A stretch of 64,000 nt of DNA. It comes from Lingula anatina (taxonomy: Eukaryota > Animalia > Brachiopoda). How positions within the stretch are numbered: position 1 is the stretch's first letter; each line of letters begins with the position of its first letter. This document shows positions 13,512 through 25,787 of the stretch, in pieces. The stretch spans positions 6,014,001-6,078,000 of the forward strand of contig CM120642.1 in NCBI GenBank assembly GCA_051362555.1, read 5' to 3'. Below the pieces are notes generated by a model, which did not search any database, was not told the origin of the DNA, and saw only the letters and a list, made by a program, of their open reading frames with translations. Both the position numbers and the translations under genes were made by a program.

Positions 13512-15528
13512 AAAACTCACGTCGGTTCTGGCTTTGTGTTTCTGGGTAGGGAGGTTAATCTTTGAGCGTATATATGGTATAAACCCTCCATTTTTTTGTG
13601 ACATTTCTGTGTTGTCTCGGGCCTCTAGCTCCTCGATCAAACCAATGTTTTGTTCATAGACATCGTACAGCATTTGTTTACTAGCTGAAAATGGGATTGA
13701 AATGTGATAAGCAATATCAGTTTCTTTATATCAGCATCACAACAAAGCAATGACTTTAGTCACCAAACAGCAGTATTTTTTGTAATTTATAAAAGTAAGG
13801 TACATAAAAATATAGACGGAAAAAGCAACAGGCACAAAAATTAACAAATTTTTAGATAAATATCAGTGAGAGGGCTGGATAGCCATATTTAATTATCAAT
13901 AAATCAATAATTCTATTGAATTATTCAATTAGTCAGTTGTGATGGCCGACCTTGAAGAGAGCGGAACTGCTGTCTCTGTGCCTGCATGAAATCAAGTCTG
14001 CTTCCAGCGTGGTGTACAGCATAACCGTCATGCTCCATGTCCTCCACCTCCTCCTCATGGTAAGACTGAAAAAAGAGGTGTAATTTGCATGTAACGTTTT
14101 TTTGGGGGAGGGATTTTTTATGCAAAAATTAGGTGTTTCAGCTGTATTAATTATATAAATTATGAACATGATATCATTATTCAAGTGTTAAATGACATGC
14201 TAAAATGCTAAAAAAAAAAAAAAACAAGGCAGTTAAGCTGTCAAATGTACAGACAAAAAGCAGAAAATGCACAAAATAGGCTACTGCCAATTCTGGTGCG
14301 ATAATACATTATGCTTAACTGCAAATTATGCACAACATCTAATACCGATGAAAGTAAATTGTGTAACAAGCATAAGGCTTCAGGCCCATTCGCGTTTAAG
14401 TTTACACTTTGAAAGTGCCACAATGAGAAAAAGGAAAATTTCACAAAAACATGCATAAATTCAATAAAAAATGAAAGTCCAATAGACTCCTAAGAATTAT
14501 CCTAAGAATTATCCATGTAAGTTAAACAAATTGTAAGCAACACATTTTTTTTCATGACTTTCATCGATCATATTGGCGGCAGTGTCCAAAGTAGTTCTTC
14601 TATTTTGCTGCAATATTACTTAACCCTTAACAACGTAATCACCACCAATCTTTATTTATGCATTGCAGGCAACATTGATATTTAGAAAATGTGACTAGCA
14701 AAGGTCTGTAGGCCCATGGAATTTCAAAGTCACCCCTTGATAATATCAAAATATAACAAGAGATAACTAAACTGAAATGTGTTTAATTCCATATAAAACA
14801 CTTTTTACACAAAACAAAATAATCAATTTAAGTTGAGCTGAGAAAAATATCAAAAGAAAAATTTTTAAGGTCCAATCTGCTCCATTCTGTGATTCTGGAC
14901 ATAGTGAATGATTGAATCTGACAAACTGCAAAGATATGGGTTTATTTCCATTTTTGACACTTTATTACACAATACACAATAACAGGTTTGCCATCATTTT
15001 TATATAATTAACTTACAATATTGTTAAGATGCAGAAAATGGCAAAAAAACACTATAACGTAACTAATTTGTTCCATAATGAGACTGTGAACCTGCCTAAG
15101 AATTAAATCTGAGGCAAAAAACACTCATAGGCCCCATTCAGAATAGCAAGAGCCGAGTGCTAACTGGTCCATGGCTTAAATATGGCGGAACCACGTCAAA
15201 TCCTGTCCGAGCCTGCTAGAGAATGTCAAATCTTTGAACAGGCACACCAACATTTGGTGGAGCCATTTTTTCTTTTTCTTTTAATATGTTCCCTAGTGAG
15301 TATTGGTGCAATCAGCGCCATTGGTATTATGCATGAACTTACCCGGTGATGCGCACTGGTATGTCTGTGCCCGTAATCCCTCATTCCCGCAACGTAACTT
15401 TGACTTCCACGATGGCCAGGGTCCATATGATCACTTACGTGGGTCATCTCCCCAGTTATTGGGTTAGTTGGATTTTGGAACCGCATATCACATGCCTTCT
15501 TTTTGCCTTTGCTCCCTTTGAAATCCAT
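11992..15528 (-). CDS. Gene B copy 2: complete 6-exon, 310-aa uncharacterised protein
   Basis: Exons 15528-15343, 14065-13951, 13684-13521, 13239-12998, 12521-12376, 12071-11992. All GT-AG, intron phases 0,1,0,2,1 join into one 933-nt open frame ending ...SHFVNTEDLR*. Confidence 0.75.
14222..15118 (-). mobile_element. Second, shorter copy of the Helitron/Helentron-like repeat, in B2 intron 1
   Basis: Begins AAACAAGGCAGTTAAGCTGTCAAATGTA and aligns with blocks of 8669-10300; absent from the B1 intron. Confidence 0.6.
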
Positions 15529-16047
15529 CTTGTAACAAAGCTTGCAAATAATTGAATACCACTGTTTTTTAACGAAATGACACAGCTAGCCGGGAATATA
15601 GCAAGCTTACAGAACAAATTTGCTTGTTGAGTGAAACCAAGAGGCTATGGCGCTGGTATTTATGCACGTTCTAAGGGTGGGAAATTTCAAGACCATTGGA
15701 TGAATCACAAACTTTTTACGCCTTTCTCCCAAAAATACCCCTAGTCCTGGAACTTTCTACTTTCGATATATGAATAACACTTAAAATGACGTTGTCATCC
15801 TACGATTGCTATTGGCTGATGATGAGTGGGCTTTGTGTCGTGTCATCTCTTCATTGGCTGAAGTCTGGGGATTACCAATCACGAGCGCAGATATGATTGA
15901 AATTTTGTCAGAAAATTATGATTCTTGAAAATCACCTACTTAAGAGTGGAAAACTCCCACAGATTGAAGATATAAATGCCAAATATCCAAATGAGACAGC
16001 GAAGAAAGTTCCTGGCTAGCACAAAATTGTTACAATAAGTTAAGAAA
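15529..16047. promoter_or_regulatory. Putative bidirectional promoter B2<->A2
   Basis: Paralogous to 2303-2805. GGGAAATTTC 15679-15688, GGAAAACTCCC 15948-15958, ATTGG/CCAAT boxes. Confidence 0.55.
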
Positions 16048-16575
16048 ATGGTGAGGTGGTTTCGACTGAAGTGCCCTTGTCCTGTTAAAGGCTGCCCAAA
16101 CAGGTAAGTTACAACACGATCGATTTTCCATTCTAAGAAAGGAGACATCTACTCTAAGTACAGTTGGACTTATGAAAATCTACACAATTAGATATACATG
16201 TATTACAAGAGAGATTTTAGTCGGCTCGAATAGACGACTCAGTCTTCCAGGTCTTCCTAACATTTATCTTATTACCCTTTTTTTAATAGTGAGGGAAAAC
16301 TTCTCAAATGGGTTTGTGCTAAAGACAAAGACGAGATGTACATCAACGAGAACGGCATACTGGCGTGTACGCACGATAAACACGTCGGTAGAATTATCAA
16401 CTGGAAATTCGATTGCGGAGATCGAGACGGAGCACACATATTCGAACATTACCAAAGCCCCGACTATGAGGGTTTCATGCATGCAATGGCTATGGCGTTA
16501 CCACATATGGGCGAAGCCGGGGCAGACTGGGTTCTTTCTCTAGTTAATGCGGTGAGAATCCAATATGGGAAATGA
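16048..16575 (+). CDS. Gene A copy 2: 113-aa Cys/His-rich protein, 2 exons
   Basis: Exon 1 16048-16103 (MVRWFRLKCPCPVKGCPN), 186-nt GT-AG intron, exon 2 16290-16575 (SEGKLLKWVCAKDKDEMYINENG...QYGK*). Confidence 0.85.
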
Positions 16576-17959
16576 AATATCTCACCAACATTTGACAAAA
16601 TATCTATACAGGAACTAATAATGATTGTGCAGTAAACATTTCTGTTATCTCGTTCTGAATAATATCAGAACTTAGGGTTCTCATCTACATATACCCGTCT
16701 GAGACTTGATGAAACTGATGAAAGTTCTAAACACAATGCACAAGTACTGAAATGAGGTAGAGGCATACTCTGACCATGAGAGTAGGGTGGGTGGTACAGG
16801 TAGCACGTGCCACTCTCACTTTCTTTTTTAAACACATTCAGTAGCCGGTGCATCGCCTCCGGTCGTCATCTACTCACAAAACCGTATCATTCCAACTGAG
16901 ACTGAAGTATTTGAAAAAAAAACACTTTGTATTTATTTATATTTCTGAGTTTAAAGAGGGCTTCACTACCCTAGCAGAGATCGTAAATTATGTATTTGTG
17001 TACAGTATGTAACATCATTCTAACATTTGGTGTGATTTACTATATTTGCACTACATTAGATGTACATATAAATTCTATTTCAAATCTTCATAGCTTTGGA
17101 TGAAATATGCAGTCTCCCAATCACTAAATTATCAGCATAAAAGAAGAGTAAAGTTGATCATAAACCCATGCAAGAGCTGTTGGACTCTCACATACATGTA
17201 GGTTGACGAATCCTAAAATACTGATGATGTTGATGTTGGTTATTTGCTTTATGAAGTTTGTGTTGATAGAAACGACAGAAGTACATACTATAAGTTCATT
17301 CAAAAAAGTAGTTCTCATCATCAGTAGTTATCATCAGTTAAATGTTATATTTATATCATTACACTAATTACTTCATTACTTCATATTCGGAGTTATTACT
17401 TTGTGCGTGTCTCTCTCTCTCTCTCTCTATTTATATTTATGTAACAGTAATAAAAAAGATCCAAACTTCCGAGAATCCATGATTTTTTATTTATTGACTG
17501 GGCTCATAAAAGTAGGGAGTTCATGCAAACCGCAGACGGGTTTCTGGCAAATTCAAGATACACAACGTACTTTTACAGGACGATACTCTCGTCTCAATCA
17601 GAACCTAAATATTGATAAACTTGTTTCAACTTTTAACACCAGAATGAGCTTGTAAAATGCACAGATATGAGTAATTAATAAAAATAATAATTATGATAAT
17701 CATACCTAGGCTATCAGTTAGACAAATCTGTTATGCATCTTTTTCAGTGCATTGAGATAATCTGTAAGGTAATATTTAATAAACGATGGAAGGTGCGTCA
17801 GTTTCTTTTCTGAAAGGATATGTTGAGGTATATAATCAAATCAATTATAACATCCTTACAATATGCATATACTTGAAGTTTTTTCTTAAGAAGATATGGA
17901 TCAATCAAATATCATTTTACGTTTATATATTAAATTTGTGCGGCTAAAAGCATACATAC

Positions 17960-18500
17960 TGTAGCGATTTGGGGGGAGAAAACACCTGTCTAGACCAAGA
18001 TTCGAACCCGGGACATTCGCAAACCCTTTGATAAAAATACACACAAAGCGAGCTGTAGCGAAGAACTCGCACCTGCACGCTAGAACTCCTGAAAGCTGAT
18101 TAGAAAGGAATTTCCCCAGCTCATGAAGCCAATATTGATATAACGAAAAATACAATAGTCACCAACCTAAGGCCAATAGTCAAATGGTTGTATTGGGTTA
18201 ACTTCATTGGGAATTACCAAGTCTTTTATTAGTTTAAATAGGGAGAACAGAGAGGAATGAAGCCGATATTGTCATAGCAAAAATACGATAGTCGCCAACG
18301 TCAGGTCAGTAGTCAAAGGGTTGTATTGGGTTAACTTCATTGGGAATTACCAAGTCTTTTATTAGTTTAAATAGGGAGAACAGAGAGGAATTTCCCCAGC
18401 TCATGAAGCCGATATTGTCATAGCAAAAATACGATAGTCGCCAACGTCAGGTCAATAGTCAAAGGGCTTGAATTGGATTTACTTTATTGGGGATTACCAA
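17960..18500. repeat. Dispersed repeat with tRNA B-box-like segment and ~3 tandem 120-135-bp units
   Basis: GATTCGAACCCGGG at ~18000; units ...GAAGCC(A/G)ATATTG...AGTC(A/G)CCAAC...GGGAATTACC repeat at 18110-18500; a related single copy at ~1375-1540. Confidence 0.6.
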
Positions 18501-19113
18501 ATCATTTATCAGTTTATATTTTCTCTGTGTCCGCAATTTTCTTGTTTCAGGCGATCTTTCATGACGAAAGTGGTTTTGTATCCTTCGATGGGCAATTCCA
18601 AAATTAGTAGACTATAGTCACAAACCTTTTACGCTATTAAGAAATACAAAAAATACCTTAGATCTCCCAAGTAGGGAGCTATAAAGACCTCTCAAAATGT
18701 CTTTGTTAAAAACCCACAGATTAAATTATAAATAACAAATAAAACGGTCAAAAAAACAAATGTGCCAAAGACGATCCTGTCCAGCAAAAAGAGCAATTAA
18801 GGTGTCTCGTCGTACTTAAAACAAATATGCACCGTATATCAACGTATGAGTAACGTATCAGTACCGTATATCAGCGTTTAAGTAATGTATATATATACAT
18901 AAATACCTTGTAAAATGGCACTGTTAAAAACCCACAGATAAAATTACAAATAACAAATAAAACGGAAACAAATGTGCCAAAGACGTTCCTGTCCAGTAAA
19001 AAAAAAAAAATTGAGTAATTCAGGTGTTTCAACGTACATGTAACGTATTTACACCGTATATCAACATATGGGTAATGTATGAGTATCGTATACGTGTTTC
19101 AGCGTTTGATAAT

Positions 19114-19116
<3 letters not shown>

Positions 19117-19201
<85 letters not shown>
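19117..19201. repeat. (TA)n microsatellite
   Basis: About 42 TA units. Confidence 0.95.
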
Positions 19202-19203
<2 letters not shown>

Positions 19204-20097
19204 CGTTTCTTAAGAGTATATGAGCGTTTGATTACCGTATATAAGTGTATACTTAACGCATATGAGGGTATGAGTAATATGGGTGGCTTGCTTCTGTTTT
19301 GTTGAAAATTGCTGTTGCTAGAAAATATCTACATGTACATCTGTCAGGCTGTATATCAGTCAACGTATGTGAAAAGTACTTCATTGCAATTTTAATGTCA
19401 TGCTATACCGTATGCCTGGTGTATCCCTGACGGAAGGGTTCCATGCGACTCAAGCGCTCGTATGATCTGAAAATTTTGAACGAAACATTCAAATCTCAAA
19501 ATATTCTGTACGTATGCGAACGTACATGTACATCTGCGTTTGACTGCATAACGCTGATGGTCTCCCCGCCTCCACACGCGCAGTCCTTGCAGGGGTCTAG
19601 CAATTAAGCCTCAGAGCCGTGATCTAATTCCTTTAATTTATTTAGTCGGCTCTTCTTTTATGTAGGGTCGGTTATTTTTGATCAGCGGATCAGAAGATCC
19701 TCGGATCTTCTGTTCTGAATGGCCTCATAGATGGATCTCTCTCTTGTTTGTTTAAAATCTTCTTTAGTCGTATTTTTATATCCGGACTACTCAATGGGGC
19801 TGTAGAACTTACATAATGGCTATGTGATAACATCTCAAACAATTATGGTAAAGTGTTGCATTGCAGTGGTTATGCAGTGGTAAACTAGCCAATCATATTT
19901 ATTGGACTTGTAGCATTGGGTCATTTGCATAACTGGTACTATAATAAAGAGCTGCACAGGTAGTGCAGTGGTTAGTTATTGTTCACTTGTGTTACAGTTA
20001 CTTACTTCAGGTGTCCAGGTAGACTTCAACAGATATTATTAGTTTGTAAAAATACCAAAATATTCAGTGTGCTACATTGGTGACCCCGACGTGAGCA

Positions 20098-20903
20098 ATG
20101 GATTCAGATGGAATTAAACAGCTGGCAGATGCTATCAGACAACAAACCCTGGACATATATCAAGGTTCTACAGTGCAAACAATATCAGCTGTTTCATTTA
20201 AAGCACCACCATTTTGGAACACAAACGCATCTGCTTGGTTTTTACGTCTGGAATCATCCTTTGCAACACACCAGCCAGCCATTACAAATGACTTGACTAA
20301 ATTTCATCATGTAGTGCAACTCCTGGACTCATCACCCTCCAGACGTGTTCAGTCAGTAATTGAGAGACCACCTCAGACAGGAAAGTATGAACCACTAAAG
20401 CATGCACTGTTAGAAGCCTATGAAGCCACACAATACCAAAAGGATACAGCATTACTTAATATGAATGGTCTAGGAGACAAACGACCTACGGAAGTATTGA
20501 TGCATATGCGCTCTTTAAATGCAGATCCAAGCACACTTTTTCGCACATTATTCATCAATCAGATGCCAACAGAAGTGAGACGGATTCTTGCACAATCACC
20601 AGAAGTTGATCTCGACACCTTAGCTAAAAGGCTGATCGGATTTTAGAAGTAGACCCTCTTACCCCTTCTTCAATTTCTGTGACTACCACAGTGCCTGAAG
20701 AAAATCTTACAACAATAACTGATACAGAAATAAACGCCATGAAATCTCAGCACCAACGAACTGGCACTATCAAGTTCAAATTATGTAAATATCATTCATG
20801 GTTCGGACATAAAGCCAGGAAATGTGAACAAATCATCGATGGTTGTCCTTGTCCAATGTCTACACGAAGACAACAGGGAAACGACAAAGCCAGCAGAAAT
20901 TAG
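20098..20903 (+). pseudogene. gag: Gypsy gag (one frameshift near 20635)
   Basis: KAPPFW...AWF...ESSF capsid motif; C-terminal CKYHSWFGHKARKC...C (CHCC-type) motif. Confidence 0.85.
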
Positions 20904-23900
20904 TGAGCACTGCTGGTCTATCTGATGCTCCACAAATTTCTATGATCAATATGGGGACAATCACCGTTTCTGATATTGTCACTGGGCGCACTTTCCTTGT
21001 AGATACAGGAGCAGAAGAATCGGTTTTTCCTGCTAACCGATTTGACCGACAACGAACCAATGGCCCAAGTCTTATTGCAGCAAATGGAACAAAAATACCT
21101 ACTTACGGAAAAAGGAAGATGATTTTAAAACTAGGGAAAGGAACAAAATTCACCCAAGAATTCTGGGTAACTGACGTCACACAACCCATTCTAGGTGCTG
21201 ACTTTTTCACTACTCATCGTTTGGCCATTGACCTTTCCAACAGAAAGTTAATCTCATTGGATGGAAAAACAGTCATTCATGCTCACCTCACTAGATCTCA
21301 GCAACAAGGGATTCACAAAGTTCACACAAGATACGAAGCAGTATTACAACACTACCCGGAGCTCTTAGTGTCATCCTTTAAGGAAAATAAACACGGAGTA
21401 CAAAATCACATTCCAACCGTTGGATCTCCAGTTAAAGCCAGAGTACGTCGTCTTGACCAAGAAAAGCTCACTGCAACAAAAATGGAATTCAAGGAAATGG
21501 AGAATCTGGGGATAGTGCGTCGTTCCTCTTAACCATGGTCATCTCCTCTACATATAGTGAAGAAAAACAATGGTGGCTGGAGACCTTGTGGAGATTATCG
21601 TCGGCTTAATGACATCACCATAGACGATCGGTATCCTCTACCTCATATACAAGATCTCAATTCATCACTCAATGGCAAGACAATATTCTCTAAGATCGAT
21701 TTGATTCGGGGATATCACCAGATACCAGTTGCCAAACATGATATTCCTAAGACATCACACCTTTTGGACTTTATGAGTTCCTCAAAATGCCTTTTGGGCT
21801 TAAAAATGCAGCACAGGCGTTCCAAAGATTAATGGATGGCATCCTACAGGAACTTGACTGTTGGTTTGTGTATCTTGATGACATTTTAATAGCAGGTTCC
21901 ACGCCTGAACAACATGAGGAGGATCTTAAAGCAGTTTTCAACCTGTTAAGGACAAATGGACTTGTTATTAACAAGAAAAAGTGTGTATTTGGACAATCTG
22001 ACGTTGAATTTCTAGGTCATTCAGTGTCTGCAGCTGGAGTTCAACCACTTGCAGAAAAGGTGAAAGCAGTAGCAGATTTTCCACCACCCAAGGACAAAAA
22101 AGGCCTTCAAAGATTTCTGGGAATGCTGAATTTCTACCATCGTTTTCTTCCTGGAATCGCACATCGTATAATACCTCTTACTGAAGCTACCAAGGGCAGA
22201 GCCAAGACTTTGCAGTGGACCCCTGAATGCCAATTAGCATTTCAGGATGCTAAAATGGCTCTTGCTTCTGCAACTATGCTTCATCACCCTGAACCACAGG
22301 CAGCAACTAAGATATCAGTGGACGCTTCTGACACCGCAATAGGAGCAGAACTTTCTCAGTTTCAATCAGGGATGTGGAAACCTATTGCTTTCTTTTCTAG
22401 AAAACTCACACCTACCCAGAAACGATACTCCACTTTTGACCGTGAGCTTTTGGCAATTTACAGTACCATCCGCCATTTCAGATATTTTTTGGAGGGAAGA
22501 CCATTCACCATTTTCACTGATCATAAACCTCTCACTTTTGCATTCAAGAGTACATCTGACAGATCACCACGTCAAGAGAGACAATTATCATTTATTGCTG
22601 AATTTACAACTGATATACGACATATCAGTGAAACTGATAACATTGTCCTAGACACTCTGTCCAGAGCCCCAGTGGAAACTGATGAGCCACTTATTGCCTC
22701 CACAGCTACGATTCCGACAATTGACCTTACACAGCAGCATCACAAAAGACTGACACTAAGATGGTTGAACTGTGTGCCAATCCAGGATATTTGAAGTTAA
22801 AGGAAGTCAACTTTGGTGAGGTTAAACTTCTCTGTGATACAACTACCAGTCGACCTCGGCCAGTAGTTCCACCTTCAATGACAAAGCTCGTTTTTGAGGC
22901 AATACACAATCTTTGTCATCCTGGAACAAAACCAACAATCCGTGCCATTTCAAGTCGTTATGTCTGGCCTGAACACAAAAAAAGACATTCGTAATTGGGT
23001 CAAATCTTGTCATGCCTGTCAAACAAGTAAAATTGGACGACACACTAGAGCACCGTTAACCACCTTTGATCCACATTCATGTTGATTTGGTTGGACCTCT
23101 TCCTCCTTCAGAAAATAAAAAATATCTTCTGACAATTGTTGACAGGTTTACAAGGTGGCCAGAAGCTGTACCTTTACCGAATGCAGAAGCAGTTACTTTT
23201 GCCAAAGCTCTTTTAAACTCATGGATATCGAGGTTTAGTGTTCCAGACTCCATCACATCAGATCAAGGTAGACAATTTACAAGTGAACTTTGGCGTGAGC
23301 TTAACAAGGTGCTTGGCATTCAACCTAACACAACAACAGCCTATCATCCACAATCCAATGGCATGGTTGAAAGATTTCATCGCAGATTGAAAGAAGCCCT
23401 CAAAACACGTTTAGACAATGCAAGATGGATGGACCAGTTACCAATTGTATTACTTGGTATCCGATCAACATGGAAAGAGGACATTGATGCATCACCAGCA
23501 CTTCTTACTTATGGTACAAATTTAAGAGTACCTGGTGACTTTATTCCGAACACAACTGATGACAAATTTTTTCCTAACAATGAATTTGTGCAAGAACTTC
23601 AACAAACAATGCAGAAATTGGCTCCTGCTCCTCCTTCTAGACATGGGCAGATTTGTACATATGTACCGGTTGACTTACAACAAGCTGAACATGTATATGT
23701 AAGACATGGTGCTCATCGAGGTACATTGATTAGACCATATGATGGTCCTTACATTGTCATTTCACGTTCCGACATATATTTTGATATTTTAAGGAATGGA
23801 CAAACAATTCGTGTCTCGGTTGACAGACTTAAACCAGCTTATAGCAATCCGGTTTCAGTGCACAATCAGACAGTGAATCCACAAACAAAACCAGAGACAT

Positions 23901-23965
23901 GTCTTTCACCTTCTTTAATTAAAACGCGTTCCGGTAGAACAGTTAAAAAGCCGGAAAGATTTTGA
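20879..23965 (+). pseudogene. pol: Gypsy pol (protease, RT, RNase H, integrase), disrupted
   Basis: FLVDTGA protease, YLDDILI RT, DAS...DRELLA RNase H, HPG...CHAC zinc finger, D..D..E integrase, GPY motif. Stop at 21530 and frameshifts near 21755, 22735, 22980, 23065. Confidence 0.92.
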
Positions 23966-24299
23966 ACAATTGATTTTATTAATTTAATTTTAGTAAATGT
24001 TTTCAATGTTCTGGGGGGAGGTATGTAGAACTTACATAATAGCTATGTGATAACATCTCAAACAATTATGGTAAAATGTTGCATTGCAGTGGTTATGCAG
24101 TGGTAAACTAGCCAATCATATTTATTGGACTTGTAGCATTGGGTCATTTGCATAACTGGTACTATAATAAAGAGCTGCACAGGTAGTGCAGTGGTTAGTT
24201 ATTGTTCACTTGTGTTACAGTTACTTACTTCAGGTGTCCAGGTAGACTTCAACAGATATTATTAGTTTGTAAAAATACCAAAATATTCAGTGTGCTACA

Positions 24300-24422
24300 G
24301 GGCCATTCAAAATAGATGACCCAAGACCATCAGGAATCAGCGGCATCGCTTTTGAATTTTGGTCCGCCATATGTAGTCGGCGGATCAGTTAGTGCTCGGA
24401 TCCTCTTTTCTGAATGGACTCA
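24300..24422. mobile_element. Small Harbinger-like MITE whose left TIR is the Gypsy target site
   Basis: GGGGC|CATTCAAAATAGATGACCC...GGATCCTCTTTTCTGAATGGACTCA imperfect inverted ends; the first bases lie at ~19795-19800 before the 5' LTR. Confidence 0.55.
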
Positions 24423-25149
24423 TTTTTTAAAAATGTTTTTAAAATGTTAAAACTGCTAAGTGACCCGGGTAACTATCTGCAAAATGTGATACCATACTAT
24501 AAGCATATTATCTACATATTTATAATTGCCATTTTCATGGCTTTGAATAAAACATATATACCCAGCTATAAAAGAATGAGCTAATGCCTGGAGGTAACGT
24601 TAGCCATAACGTCAGGAATAACGTTTCGAAAAGGCTTTCCAAGAAAGTTTTGTAAATGTTATAGGACGTTTTTGGGAATGTTACACTAACATTTAGAGAA
24701 TATTCAAAATAAATAGAATTGGGCCATATAGCCCAGAAGATCACCAATGAATTTGTCTGTTTTTTAGATGTTTATTTAAGATCTTTGTTTTATTTCTTTT
24801 TATCTATCTTGTTTTGTTAATTTTACTCTTGTAAAATCTACTTAATATTTTTAATGGATTTTAGATTTCAAATAAATAAATCATAAATATTTAATATATT
24901 AATATAATGTACAGGGTACGACCCTTACGTGTCGATTAGTTGAGGGTGGACCTCGTTATTAAAGTAAAATGAAGTACAATTCAACAGGACCCATTTCACT
25001 CAATTTATTCCACATCTAGACTTATTCACTTCTGTGTTAGCTGATCTTACGCCCAAGTTTATTCAAATGCATTTTAAAACAATTCAGCTGCTCGGTAAAA
25101 TAACAAGATTAAAGAAACAATCTGCTCGTTCAGTGAATGCACAAAAAAC

Positions 25150-25380
25150 TATGAAACTGGTATTTATGGGTGAAACAAGGGATTTTTGATGCGTTAGACA
25201 AGTCACAAAAAGCCCTGTCGTTCTAGAATATTCAACTTCTGATCTACAAATATCTCGTTTATTGTCCTCCTACAGCTGATGATGAATTGGCTTTGTGATA
25301 ATCCGTATCCATTAGCTGGAATGATGGGATAAACTACCCCCTACCAAGGTGGCAGATATTACAGGCAAATTTTCAAAAAG
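25150..25380 (+). repeat. Degenerate copy of the gene A promoter (second relic at ~27245-27450)
   Basis: TTGATGCGTTAGACAAGTCACAAA...CAGCTGATGATGAATTGGCTTTGTG...CATTAGCTGG resembles 2480-2620 and 27255-27400. Confidence 0.55.
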
Positions 25381-25649
25381 CCAGAGAATCAAATGACTGT
25401 CTCTTTATCCGAAGACATATCTGCACTGAGAATAAAATCGGAGTCCAAGTGACTCCAAACTTGTAGTCCAGCAGTGGTACCTAAAATAACTCCAAGTTGG
25501 TGTCAAGTTGACTCCGATGGAGTAATGCCATCCCAGACCTCTCCGGAGGGTAACAATTGACTCCATTCACACATCCCTTCATCCCTTGATTTATCTCTAC
25601 AAAAGAGTCACAATGACCCCATATTAAGGAATTTTTGACTCCTTGGCAC

Positions 25650-25787
25650 ATTATGAACAAAAACAACAGTGCCACGTGTAGAGACAGCAGGTATCGTTGG
25701 TATATCGCTGGTGTATCCCCGGACGCGCTCGAAACCACGTCCTCCCGCTCCGGAGGTGGACATTCTAACCACTAGGCCATCCGGTCA
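25650..25787 (-). mobile_element. tRNA-derived SINE head
   Basis: Minus strand GACCGGATGGCCTAGTGGTTAGAATG...GGTTTCGAGCGCGTCCGGG carries A-box and B-box-like motifs but no proper acceptor stem. Confidence 0.55.

Larger units (their letters stand above)
19801..24299 (+). mobile_element. Ty3/Gypsy LTR retrotransposon, CsRN1-like clade, full length but coding-defective
   Basis: 276-bp LTRs at 19801-20076 and 24024-24299 (TG...CA, about 2 mismatches seen); 4-bp TSD GGGC; tRNA-Trp PBS TGGTGACCCCGACGTGA 20078-20094; PPT GGGGGGAGG before the 3' LTR; gag and PR-RT-RH-IN order. Confidence 0.97.

Noticed and set aside
18110-18500. CRISPR-like repeat array
   Set aside because: Units are contiguous tandem duplicates without unique spacers, in a eukaryotic context with no cas genes.
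18700-19120. ~220-bp tandem duplication
   Set aside because: Non-coding local duplication beside a (TA)n tract with no functional signal.
19024-19305. ORFs containing YI, ER, HT, LL or NN runs here and at 1501, 32156, 42377, 44403, 61542
   Set aside because: Translations of microsatellites.
25715-25787. Functional tRNA gene
   Set aside because: A and B boxes are present but the acceptor stem is poor; it sits inside a TE and fits a SINE head. The same applies at ~18000 and ~31350.
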